This document shows, in pieces, positions 10,553-20,301 of a stretch of DNA of 64,000 nt; within the stretch, counting starts at the first letter, position 1, and the number at the start of each line of letters is the position of its first letter. The DNA lies in IMG/VR virus record IMGVR_UViG_3300020048_000012, one strand, 5' to 3'. The DNA is from a virus. A program made the translations under genes and the position numbers. The notes under the pieces were generated by a model, which saw nothing but the letters and a program-made list of their open reading frames with translations, was not told where the DNA came from and ran no database searches.

Positions 10553-13060
10553 TTAAAAGCTTATCAGTGTTGATGTTACGATTGTTTGTTCGTCTGTTGA
10601 AGCAAACTTAATTCTGTTGTCGATATACAGTAATTCACCTGTATATTTATCAATGTTAGGTGAGCTCACTGACGCGATAGACATTGAATATTGCCCATTG
10701 GAGACAGTGTTACCAGCGCTTGGTACATAGTTATCATTTACTGTCGTAACTAAATAATATTTATCATTTTCAGTTGACTTCTCGATTATAGTAAACGTCT
10801 TTGACGAATCAGACAAAAGATTGAGTGTATCACCGACAGCGTAGTTATTGTACGCGGTCGTATTATCGCTATTAATAGAGCAGATTAATGCAATAGACGT
10901 AGCGCCAGTACTATTTCTATAATGAGTCTTCTCTCCATACTTATATGGATTTTTCAAAATGGAGATTTGACGATAATCGCTATTCACTTGTATTCCATGC
11001 ATTTTTTCTAAACCAAGTCGATTAGTCAATTTAATCGTGTTTGCCATTAATTCTGACACTGCATCTCGGCCATGTCCGCCTTTAGGCGAAATGACAACTC
11101 TAAGTTCTGCAGCAGAGCCACCGCCAGTTGCAACAGCCGTAGCATAAGAATATCCAGAACCTTGAGTTGTTACAACAACTCTTACGATATTACCGTTTTC
11201 GACAATTGGTATTGCGGTGCAACCAGTTCCATCTCCAGTTATGTTAATCGTTGCGCTAGCGTCATATCCACCGCCTTGATTTTCGACAACAATGACTTGA
11301 ATAGATCCATTCACTGCTAGCAATTCGACTGTCGATTGCTTTGTCTCAATGTTTCCGATACCAAATTTTAATGATATCGTGGCCTTTTTGAATCCTTCTA
11401 TATATCGCGGATCGGTTGGTTCTAACCCTTCAAGTATTTCAGCGATAGAGTAAGGATCTAAAGGATCTAATTGCTTGTACATTTTTAAGTCAACGTTTGC
11501 ATATGTATATCCAATACCAGGTTCTACTACGTTCAACCCTTGCACTTCACCATTAGATCCAATCAATGGAATGATGATAGCTTGATTTTTTTGAGTATTT
11601 GTATTCAAATTACAATTAAATTCTCGACTGATGACGTTAGCGCATGTTGTCGTAGGTGATAACGCTATAGCATTTTTAAGAATAGGCGACACCGTATCAA
11701 TTATAAAAATACCAGTTGCTTCAACTATAACGCTAGTGCTATTTGTTGTCGCAATTTTTACAACACCCGACGCCGAATTGCCAGTCTGAGTAATCACGTC
11801 TCCCACTATGAAACTATGCGCAGATGATAAATCTAATTGAACGTAATTCGTAGTTGCTGCTAATGGACCAGCGAAAACATTTTGATTAAAGACTAATGGC
11901 GATGTATATCCATATCCTTCATCTAGGACCGTTATAGTATCAACTTCGTACAATCCTACTGCGCCAGAAATTTGTCTAAATGTTACGTCGAGCCATGGCA
12001 TTTTTCCATAACTGCGTTGCGGTGGACTAAACGTAAATAAACTTCCCAATGGCTCAACAGAGAAAATTCCTCGATCTACTACAGTCACTGTCTTTAATGA
12101 ATATGGATTTTGTTCGTTATAGCCATCACCGTTAATCACTAATTCTGTTTTGGTTAGTCCATCACTCTCATATTCTACATCAAATTGTAGACCAACGCCA
12201 ACTGTTGTTTCAATTATCGGAATTGGTTGACTCGTATATCCACTACCCTGATTTGTCACTGTGATAGAAATAATATTGCCCAGCGCCCCAACTGCGTTAA
12301 CTTCAGCCGTAGCAGTGACACCGCTAACTGGTGCTGGAAATGTGATAGTGACACTATTAGTCGTATAACTAGATCCGCCATCAAGAATAAGGAATCGCTT
12401 CACTTTCCAAGTGTTTTGCGAGTACATGGCGCCTGGATCTTCAATAGAATAATCGACCACAGAACCATTGGAATAAAACTGATTAGATAATGCAGTCGTA
12501 ACTGGCATCCACGATGATGTTAGAAATTTATTGCGTAAATACAATGGTATCGTGTACATAAATTTCCAGATATAATTATCGGGAGTTATAAATGAGTCTG
12601 AACTCACGCCGATTGGCTGATTGATCGAAGGACCACCATTATTATTGAATAAGCATTTATATACATTAAAGTCTGATGTTAGTACGTAAAAACTAGCCTG
12701 ATCCAATGATGTGGCACCAGAGAACGCAGGTCTATCTTTAGAATAATCGTCATACATGTCATAAGTATAGCCCGGCACCCAATTATATCGTTTGACAATA
12801 ATACACGCATCATTAGAGTCAATCATTTTTGCGTAAATCATATTTCTACGAGTTTCTACTTCGTATGAATATGAATCTATAGGGCTTGGGGGAATGCTTT
12901 CATCTGATATCACTGTGACTCGACCATCGATAGTTTCACTCACAGTTGGCCATTCGGTGCTCTTACCAAATACATAAAAATAATGAGAAATATTAGAAAA
13001 AATCTCTGTGAAAATAGACTTAACGATATTAGTCTTTAGTGAAAATTTTAGCAATGACAT
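10553..13060 (-). CDS. gp8: Baseplate wedge subunit gp8-like
   Basis: 835 aa; YVLTSDFNVYKCLFNN, YIWKFMYTI, WMPV, GGHG and GELLYIDNR motifs of gp8 homologues; internal GxGY repeats. Confidence 0.8.
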   Translation of the reverse strand: MSLLKFSLKTNIVKSIFTEIFSNISHYFYVFGKSTEWPTVSETIDGRVTVISDESIPPSPIDSYSYEVETRRNMIYAKMIDSNDACIIVKRYNWVPGYTYDMYDDYSKDRPAFSGATSLDQASFYVLTSDFNVYKCLFNNNGGPSINQPIGVSSDSFITPDNYIWKFMYTIPLYLRNKFLTSSWMPVTTALSNQFYSNGSVVDYSIEDPGAMYSQNTWKVKRFLILDGGSSYTTNSVTITFPAPVSGVTATAEVNAVGALGNIISITVTNQGSGYTSQPIPIIETTVGVGLQFDVEYESDGLTKTELVINGDGYNEQNPYSLKTVTVVDRGIFSVEPLGSLFTFSPPQRSYGKMPWLDVTFRQISGAVGLYEVDTITVLDEGYGYTSPLVFNQNVFAGPLAATTNYVQLDLSSAHSFIVGDVITQTGNSASGVVKIATTNSTSVIVEATGIFIIDTVSPILKNAIALSPTTTCANVISREFNCNLNTNTQKNQAIIIPLIGSNGEVQGLNVVEPGIGYTYANVDLKMYKQLDPLDPYSIAEILEGLEPTDPRYIEGFKKATISLKFGIGNIETKQSTVELLAVNGSIQVIVVENQGGGYDASATINITGDGTGCTAIPIVENGNIVRVVVTTQGSGYSYATAVATGGGSAAELRVVISPKGGHGRDAVSELMANTIKLTNRLGLEKMHGIQVNSDYRQISILKNPYKYGEKTHYRNSTGATSIALICSINSDNTTAYNNYAVGDTLNLLSDSSKTFTIIEKSTENDKYYLVTTVNDNYVPSAGNTVSNGQYSMSIASVSSPNIDKYTGELLYIDNRIKFASTDEQTIVTSTLISF

Positions 13061-13085
13061 TGTTATTATAACCTTTTAGTTTTCA

Positions 13086-13742
13086 TTAATTAGCAATTGC
13101 TAATTTTCGACCAAGATGCCATCCATCTGGTGCAGTATCTAATGGAAATAACATAGCTTCTTTCCCATTAGTATACCATTTTAAATTCTTACTGGACTTC
13201 GAGAGTTTCATTTTTAATATTCTCTCGTCGTCGTGCTTTTTGCCAGTCAATGTTGTCTTGATTCTTTGCTTAACTTCTTCTGTCTGAGGGTGACTATATT
13301 GACGCATTTTCTCCAATGTAGCTTCACTTGCTTTTTTGCCAAGATGAGTTAATCTATTTTTCTCATTTGCTTCTGGCGTGTGAGTCTTTCCATGCCGATT
13401 AGTATTTCCACGTTGAGATTCGCTCATTTTCTGTCGAGATGTTATAGATCTATCTGTTGCACCTAATCCAGTCTCTTCAATAAGATTTAGCCAATCTTTA
13501 GATTTTACGATATCATTCTGTCTTGAAAACGATAGCGCAAAATCATTTATAGACTTTTCGTCTAAAAATAAACAATACCACAGTGTCTGAATGTGCTGCT
13601 TTCCATGATGAGTAAAATGTTTAGTCCATTGTAAACCAGAGCCATTATAAATTTCTGGATTTTTCGACGTCTTGCCAAAATACAACTTACCTGTAATAGC
13701 GTGCTGCTTAATATACAGGTAAGTTGGTTTAAATAATTCCAT
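13086..13742 (-). mobile_element. Free-standing GIY-YIG-like homing endonuclease with NUMOD3-like repeats
   Basis: 218 aa; YLYIKQH..TGKLYFGKT..NP..YNGSG N-terminus, HTPEANEKNRLTHLGKK repeats; own TATAAATA late promoter at 13767-13774. Confidence 0.8.
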
Positions 13743-13786
13743 ACAAATACTCCTAAGTTATAGAAGTATTTATACGCGTTAGACCA

Positions 13787-14287
13787 TCATTGTATTGTCA
13801 CAGTCCATGTGATTGTCAATGCGTCAGCTGGAAGCTTTGTGACGATTGGATATGTCGTGCGGCATAGCATAATACCAGCAGATGATGCATTGAAAATGCC
13901 TGCTTCACGAAGAACAGCTCCACCTGCTGGAGCAGATGGGTTATTTGCAGCAAAGTTAGCAGAATACGTGACAACGTTAGATGACGATGTTGCAGTAGTC
14001 AGACCTGCTCGGCTATAGCCAGTGTAACCACCAGCGACTGTCAATTCGGCGCCAAGGCCTGTGTCACCAACGACTTCAGCAGTCGCTGAAGTACCAATGC
14101 CCATGTGAGACATAACTGCGGAAGTCGTACCAACGATACGAGATGCAATAAATGTTTTACCCGTAGACACTACCAAGTTTGGCACATACACTTCTTGGCG
14201 AATTGTATTTGTGATAGTGTCTGTAACGATGATAGATAAAGAACCTTGAAGTTCGACGATGTTGTTATATTTTGGAATTAGGATCAT
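13787..14287 (-). CDS. Baseplate/fibre-attachment structural protein
   Basis: 166 aa; NLVVSTGK..IASR, MGIGT, LREAGIFNASSAG.MLCRT motifs seen in phage tail-collar/fibre attachment proteins. Confidence 0.65.
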   Translation of the reverse strand: MILIPKYNNIVELQGSLSIIVTDTITNTIRQEVYVPNLVVSTGKTFIASRIVGTTSAVMSHMGIGTSATAEVVGDTGLGAELTVAGGYTGYSRAGLTTATSSSNVVTYSANFAANNPSAPAGGAVLREAGIFNASSAGIMLCRTTYPIVTKLPADALTITWTVTIQ

Positions 14288-14298
14288 TATGATCTCCT

Positions 14299-16968
14299 TT
14301 ATGTTATTGCTGTCGCTGGTTGATAATAACTGTATGTTTCAAAGTATCCACTAGGATCACCAGAATCATACGGGTTTAAACGCAATCTGCCATCAGTGCT
14401 TAATGTTATGATGTCAGACGGTTGTTTAATTAATGGATGTGCATTCTCATCTGTTATATTTATCACATCTACATTAGACTTAATGAAATGCGCTGTTTGC
14501 GTATCATCAAAAGACACTATATCTTCTAAAAGAACAGTTCTAATTAGTTCGATAAAATCACTCAATGAAATATCGCTATTTCGTTTATGCACGGCCCCGT
14601 TAGATGACAAATCTATTATATTCAATGCGTCTATATATGATGCACTGAAATATTTATCTAATACATCATCTAAAATTTGAGAATCTATCACAGTCTTATC
14701 AATAAAGTGCAATTCATTGTCTATTATAGACGCAATTGCATCTGAAAAATTCTTTAACACTTGAACTGAATTTGAATCCAATAGATTGTTAATATTTTCT
14801 ACAAACTGTTTGCTAACAAATTTATTTAAAATATCTTGAATATCTTGTATTTCGCTTAAAGTTTTTGCGTAATTTTTAATGTATTGCGTAATAGCAATGG
14901 TGACTGCGTGAGAAAGATTCTTATCATAGAATTTATCCACTATCTCATTCAATGATAGAGATTCTACATGCATTTTATCATAATGCTTTATATTGCTATC
15001 ATCGTTATTTATAGAATCATATAATGGCTTGTTATAACTAGATGCATATTCATCTGGTTGAGTTATATTTTCAATTAGATTTTTAAAGATGCCTTTTGTA
15101 GAAAAATCAATTGGAGACGATATAAGTTCATCGATAGGCTTTTCTACAAGCTTTGAATAAGAATCATTTATTAGCTGAATATCTGTCTTTATAGTATCGA
15201 CAAATTTGGCATATGTCTCATGAGAATCGATATTCTCGTTCAATGATTTTTCGTATGATTTTACTACAGTTTCAACATAATTAGTGATAGTATCTTCTAA
15301 TGCTTTATAGACATATTTAGCGTTAAGATCTGGTACGTCAACTATTGCATCTGTGATTGACTTATCGACATGCTTATGCGCAATATAACCAGTTATTTGT
15401 TCAACGATATCGTGTGTCGTCTTAGTGCTTAATAAAGACGCAGAACCTTGGTTTGCATAAACTGGCGCGGCACCAACTGGTGGAATCGATGGCACTGCGT
15501 TCGTGTGAGTCACGCCAAATTCATCCACATGCGTATCATATTTTGTCCAACCAATACCACGATCACCAGATATAACTGTAGATGGAGGGTTGTCAAATAA
15601 TGGTAACTGTAAGATGCTTCGAACAGATGGCGTTTTTGCTAATAAATTCAGTTCGTTTAGAATACTATATTCTGAAAATATCTTCATACCCGATGGATGG
15701 ATCAATGCTTTTACAATGTCTGCATAACGACGAAGTTCTTCTTCTACTCGTACGACATATGAAAACGCCTGATAGTAATGTCCATCTTGAATATAGATTT
15801 CGTCTGAAATAAACCCATCAGATTTAAGATAATATCCTGGATATTTTGCAACTGCACCAATGTCTACTTCAATAATCGCAAGATCTTCATCCATGACTGT
15901 CTGAGAGCTATCATTGTAGAACTGTTGCTGAATATCGCCAACATAACCGGCATCGGCGAAATATCTATCCGATGCAAACGTTTCATCTCCAACTGGCACA
16001 TTGGTATCATAATAAAAATATGTTTGTTTTGACGCCCAACCATAATCTATAAATCCAGCAGCTTTTTCATTATATGCCGGTGCGCCTGGGACATATGGGC
16101 TATTAAGTTTTAATGGATGAATGTATTCAAAATTTTCTAGATTTTTACTAGACAAATATGAATAAAATTTAGTAACATAATCAAGGCCAAACTTAATAAT
16201 CTGCACGCTCTTTATACTACCAATAGAATCGACTTTAGTAATTTTTATTAAGCATCCACGACCTAGTTGTGTGTTCAGAGCAAAAATGTCACCCGCCTTA
16301 AATCCGGCTCCGCCTTTAAAGATTTTTACTTTAGTAGGACATTGTAAAATAGGACTCTCAAATGAAGTTCCATCATCTAGTTCTCCACGAACAATTGAGC
16401 CAATTGTTATTTCATTAGCATAATCACGTTGAATAAACAGTTCATGAATAGTCTCTGAATAATTTACTGTGTTTTCGACGTATGTCGTAATGACTTTATT
16501 TGGAGTAGTGATCGTAATGAATCGACCAACGAGTTGACTCATGTCAAACGTCATACCCGTCATATCTAGAAATATAGATACGTCTTGCTTCCAACGCCCG
16601 TCAGATGCTCGAAGAATTTGAGTTGACGGATAGAATAACTGCGCTTCTTTATTGAATAATACTCTAAACAAAAACTTGAACGAATCTTCAGATCCTCGAG
16701 CAAGATAAAATTCGCGCAAGTGTTTAAGAATTAACGCCTTATCAGTTGCCAAATTAATTGGAAAATTCTTAGATAGTTCGCTTTTAAATTTGTCGATAAA
16801 TTCATCTAATGTAGTGTCTACATCACGAATAGTTTCTAATTCTTGCGCCTGCGTTTGTTGCAAGTAATCGTAATACGTCTTAATGAACTCTACGAATAGA
16901 GGATAATTTTCCCGAATATGTTCGGGAATTTGTCTTTGCGCAACTATTGACTGCTTAATTTTAGCCAT
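14299..16968 (-). CDS. gp7: Baseplate wedge initiator gp7-like, with C-terminal degenerate repeats
   Basis: 889 aa; QIPEHIRENYPLFVEFIKTYY, YLARGSEDSFKFLFRVLF, IQDGHYYQAFSYVV, LIHPSGMKIFSEY motifs; position after gp6. Confidence 0.7.
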   Translation of the reverse strand: MAKIKQSIVAQRQIPEHIRENYPLFVEFIKTYYDYLQQTQAQELETIRDVDTTLDEFIDKFKSELSKNFPINLATDKALILKHLREFYLARGSEDSFKFLFRVLFNKEAQLFYPSTQILRASDGRWKQDVSIFLDMTGMTFDMSQLVGRFITITTPNKVITTYVENTVNYSETIHELFIQRDYANEITIGSIVRGELDDGTSFESPILQCPTKVKIFKGGAGFKAGDIFALNTQLGRGCLIKITKVDSIGSIKSVQIIKFGLDYVTKFYSYLSSKNLENFEYIHPLKLNSPYVPGAPAYNEKAAGFIDYGWASKQTYFYYDTNVPVGDETFASDRYFADAGYVGDIQQQFYNDSSQTVMDEDLAIIEVDIGAVAKYPGYYLKSDGFISDEIYIQDGHYYQAFSYVVRVEEELRRYADIVKALIHPSGMKIFSEYSILNELNLLAKTPSVRSILQLPLFDNPPSTVISGDRGIGWTKYDTHVDEFGVTHTNAVPSIPPVGAAPVYANQGSASLLSTKTTHDIVEQITGYIAHKHVDKSITDAIVDVPDLNAKYVYKALEDTITNYVETVVKSYEKSLNENIDSHETYAKFVDTIKTDIQLINDSYSKLVEKPIDELISSPIDFSTKGIFKNLIENITQPDEYASSYNKPLYDSINNDDSNIKHYDKMHVESLSLNEIVDKFYDKNLSHAVTIAITQYIKNYAKTLSEIQDIQDILNKFVSKQFVENINNLLDSNSVQVLKNFSDAIASIIDNELHFIDKTVIDSQILDDVLDKYFSASYIDALNIIDLSSNGAVHKRNSDISLSDFIELIRTVLLEDIVSFDDTQTAHFIKSNVDVINITDENAHPLIKQPSDIITLSTDGRLRLNPYDSGDPSGYFETYSYYQPATAIT

Positions 16969-16970
16969 TT

Positions 16971-18800
16971 TTAATTCCGACTAGTCGTAAATTTATAATT
17001 CGTTCCACCGACAAGAGTTCCAGACGATATTACATCTTCTATTAAATTGACTTTAATTCTAGAAGAAGGTATATCTACAATTTGGTTGCGAATAGAAACA
17101 ATATCGTATGACGATGTCTTAATGATAAAATAAAAGTTAGGTTCTTGCAGTGCTACAATCTTTAATCCTGAAATTGACACTAAACCATTAGCGTAATCAA
17201 TTGTTCCAATTTTGGCGTTAGAGACAGATTTTTTACCGCTTCCTTCAATTTTTCTGAATAAGCGAATATAGCCAGCGCCATCATCATCTAGATAATACAC
17301 ATCTTCAGTGTCATCGATATAAAATCCAGTTGATAAGAATGCTTCTTCCGGTACATCGGCAGAATATATAGGATTTACTAAATTTAATTTGTATTGCGCT
17401 AACACATTATATTTTGGATCAATTTCAACGTATGCTTTGACTTTAGTAATATTGCTTTGCACCGACGTGTCGATCGAATCTATTAACGCTGCAAATTTTG
17501 ACATTCTAAAAACACCATCGAATTTTTTAAGATTGTCGTTTCTATATTTCTCTATTGTTGCTATAGCGGCCGCTTTAATGTCATCCGCCGAACGTGTCGT
17601 ATTAGATTTATTGTAATAAATTGTCGTGTCAATGTCTAACTGAATATACGAAGGTCTAATAAATTCGGGTGTGATAGAAACTATTGATCGTGGTTTAATG
17701 ATTTTTTCAGCGATATAACTTTCTTCGGCGATAGTCAAGTATGCTTTATTGACAGGCTTAATAGAAATATATACTTTACCATATACAGGAGGATCATTGT
17801 CTTCTCCGCCCCAAACAGAGACAGAGTCAATATTTTGATAGTAACGTTTAATGATCGAAATATAATCGATTGGAGTGACGGCTCGATTCTGATTAAAGAA
17901 TGATTGTGAAACATTTTGCTTAATTTCATCAATTGTTTCTTTTTCATCGCCACCGAATGCTGAACTGACGAGTGATATGCCAATTCCGCCGCCTAAACCA
18001 GATCCTGCATATGAAAATAATGAAGCGCCATTGCCAGCGTCTTTATTCGTGACAATGCCAGAAATGGATATAATGTTACCTGTTAAAATTGGCTTGCCAA
18101 GGTTATTAGATCCGAATGATATTTGGTATGTTTCGTCTTCTAATTCTTTGATTAAATAAATTTCATCTTCAGCAGTTAATTCTAAGATTTCAGTTGCACG
18201 AATATAGCGTGAAAAATCTGGATTTTCACCAGTTGGTTGAACAGTAACAGTCATCGTCGATAAATCGATGTCCTTATACGGAATAACAAATTTTTGATTC
18301 GCTTCAGTGCACACATATGTCAATGTCTTTGGCGATCCTTCATAAATTTCAACATTATTGAACGTATATGTCGTACCCGATAAACTTGTGGTATAATCTT
18401 GAATAGTATAAAACGTATACGAAACAGAATCTATCATTGCATTGAAAGGAGTCTTTCTAGGTATAGTCAGTGTTTCAGCAGTTGCGGCTGGATTATTAAC
18501 AACTATGTTAATCATTGCTTTTGCACAAGATGCAGACTTTGGCGTATATCCAAAATTATTCGCGATTGAAACAGCGCTACTGCGTTTACTCGCTGAATCA
18601 AGAAACATTTCATTAACAGCAAGATTAGTATATAGCGCGTTATAATGAGTATTGTATGCTAATACATCAAGCAGTGTTGCTAACGCAGACCCTTCAAAAT
18701 TGTAGTCAGTGAATACGTCTTGACCAGACATGTATGTCTTAAGATTCTCCCGGATCTTATCAAAATCTAATTCTGAAACTTTTATTCTTTGATTGTTCAT
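16971..18800 (-). CDS. gp6: Baseplate wedge subunit gp6
   Basis: 609 aa; ELDFDKIRENLK, DYNFEGSAL..LLDVLAYNTHY, QNRAVT..DY, WGGEDNDPP.YGKVYISIKP. Confidence 0.93.
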   Translation of the reverse strand: MNNQRIKVSELDFDKIRENLKTYMSGQDVFTDYNFEGSALATLLDVLAYNTHYNALYTNLAVNEMFLDSASKRSSAVSIANNFGYTPKSASCAKAMINIVVNNPAATAETLTIPRKTPFNAMIDSVSYTFYTIQDYTTSLSGTTYTFNNVEIYEGSPKTLTYVCTEANQKFVIPYKDIDLSTMTVTVQPTGENPDFSRYIRATEILELTAEDEIYLIKELEDETYQISFGSNNLGKPILTGNIISISGIVTNKDAGNGASLFSYAGSGLGGGIGISLVSSAFGGDEKETIDEIKQNVSQSFFNQNRAVTPIDYISIIKRYYQNIDSVSVWGGEDNDPPVYGKVYISIKPVNKAYLTIAEESYIAEKIIKPRSIVSITPEFIRPSYIQLDIDTTIYYNKSNTTRSADDIKAAAIATIEKYRNDNLKKFDGVFRMSKFAALIDSIDTSVQSNITKVKAYVEIDPKYNVLAQYKLNLVNPIYSADVPEEAFLSTGFYIDDTEDVYYLDDDGAGYIRLFRKIEGSGKKSVSNAKIGTIDYANGLVSISGLKIVALQEPNFYFIIKTSSYDIVSIRNQIVDIPSSRIKVNLIEDVISSGTLVGGTNYKFTTSRN

Positions 18801-18802
18801 CT

Positions 18803-19195
18803 TTATCTCGTTCGCTCTAATATTAGGTTGACCTGAATTGGAGATTCTGTATTTCGAATCTTAAATGTAATGATTACATACAGACTATTGTTTTCTGGGC
18901 TAAGATCTACATTGACATTCATTAATACTGCACGAGGTTCAAAGTTATTGATTGTGTCACTGATTGTTCGTTCAATCATGGCTGATAATAACGGAGACGC
19001 CGGTTCAAATAACAATGCATTCATCTGAGATCCAATTTCACTTCTAAATGGTCTCTCATAATTGCGAGTCATAATTAGATTACGTATTGATTGCTTAACT
19101 GCTTCCTCATCAGAACGTACAGATACGTCCCTTGTCTTCGGATGAAAAAGGAAATTGAAGTCTACGTCTTTGAATGTGTACGTTTTTCTTGTCAT
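18803..19195 (-). CDS. gp25: Baseplate wedge/sheath initiator gp25
   Basis: Start moved to MTRKTY (19195), downstream of a late promoter; AVKQSIRNLIMT...ERPF..EIGS...LLFEP, NFEPRA motifs. Confidence 0.9.
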   Translation of the reverse strand: MTRKTYTFKDVDFNFLFHPKTRDVSVRSDEEAVKQSIRNLIMTRNYERPFRSEIGSQMNALLFEPASPLLSAMIERTISDTINNFEPRAVLMNVNVDLSPENNSLYVIITFKIRNTESPIQVNLILERTR

Positions 19196-19200
19196 AATTA

Positions 19201-19208
19201 TATTTATA
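19201..19208 (-). promoter_or_regulatory. T4-type late promoter TATAAATA (gp25-gp6 operon)
   Basis: Exact consensus 6 nt upstream of gp25 ATG. Confidence 0.75.
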
Positions 19209-19272
19209 TGTTTTTTTGAAAATCTATTTTCTAACATAATTTGTAACGATTATGATTAGATTAGATTGCCTA

Positions 19273-19508
19273 TGTACAGTGATTTTTGGTAATGGTATAA
19301 TAACAGTATTACTAGTCTAGTTCATACTTATTCTTGACTAGATTTTAAAATAGTTCTTCCAACGGCCGACCAAAGGTCGGAACAAATAATCTATCTGTTA
19401 AATTATTGAACTACAAATCCGGAGCTATGTCTACAAATAGTAGACTATAAAGAGTAACTAGAATGCCTTCGGCATGCCGTTCCGGCGAATACCATATCAA
19501 GGTAAGAG
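19273..19508 (+). repeat. Four-block conserved non-coding element, copy 1, headed by a sigma70-type promoter
   Basis: TGTACA-17-TATAAT (19273-19301); blocks 19291-19312, 19349-19396, 19412-19426, 19488-19508 recur inverted at 53706-53891. Confidence 0.85.
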
Positions 19509-19512
19509 ATCG

Positions 19513-19812
19513 TCATGAAATGAATGTGCTTGAAGCGCCTTTTCCAACTGCATCTCCGCATGAGATACTATCTCCAATCATAGCACATAAAGAACCTTCC
19601 ATATAAAACGTTCCCGATGATTCGACTATCACTCGTCCTGATGTTGGATGCGTCGTATCTCCACTAGAATGTGGTGCGTACTTTGTTTGACCTCTTAATT
19701 GGATCTGTTTACTACCAAAGAATGCAGTTGTTGTATAAGGGCCTACGTCGTTAGTTGGAGGAAACCCTCCGTGCCCAGTTGACAGGCCGCCTTGAATTGC
19801 AATCGCTGGCAT
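19513..19812 (-). CDS. gp5.4: PAAR-like spike tip protein gp5.4
   Basis: 99 aa; STGHGGFPPT, H..P.SGR, IGDSISCGD; downstream of gp5. Confidence 0.85.
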   Translation of the reverse strand: MPAIAIQGGLSTGHGGFPPTNDVGPYTTTAFFGSKQIQLRGQTKYAPHSSGDTTHPTSGRVIVESSGTFYMEGSLCAMIGDSISCGDAVGKGASSTFIS

Positions 19813-19813
19813 A

Positions 19814-20299
19814 TTAGTTACCTCTAGATCTAATTATTGAGACTGCGTTTTGTAACGCGTTTAATCCTGGTGTCCAATTCTGATCACTTACGTCAATAGT
19901 GTACGTCTTTTGGTTTCCATTAGCGGTTGCAATAAACTCGAATGTTCTAAATCGAATAGTGTCAGGAATGAATTCTATCATTTGATACACTTCATTCATA
20001 TCTATTTGTTCCCAAGTCCCTTGAGTTTCTGTTCCGCTTTTAACGACTATGTTATTTTCAAAATCTAAGTATATGATCGTATCAAAGAAAATATACTTAA
20101 AGTAACCAGAAATAGATGCCGGGTCTCCATTCAAAGTGATTATGGTTTCTTGTAAACTGACGGGTGTTATTGCAACTGGAAAGTTTGTCGGACCAAGAAT
20201 TTCATCGATTTCTTGATAAGAAATAGAATGAGAAAAATTTTCAAATTCTTTTACAGTTCCAAGTAAAGACTCTACGGGAGTCCAGATGATTTCTGTCAT
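19814..20299 (-). CDS. gp5.1-like protein
   Basis: 161 aa between gp5 and gp5.4 as in T4; similarity from memory only. Confidence 0.5.
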   Translation of the reverse strand: MTEIIWTPVESLLGTVKEFENFSHSISYQEIDEILGPTNFPVAITPVSLQETIITLNGDPASISGYFKYIFFDTIIYLDFENNIVVKSGTETQGTWEQIDMNEVYQMIEFIPDTIRFRTFEFIATANGNQKTYTIDVSDQNWTPGLNALQNAVSIIRSRGN

Positions 20300-20301
20300 T
20301 T

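Noticed and set aside
1487-13060. Diversity-generating retroelement or invertible fibre cassette
   Set aside because: No reverse transcriptase, invertase, or template/variable repeat pair seen; the fibre repeats are protein-level motifs.
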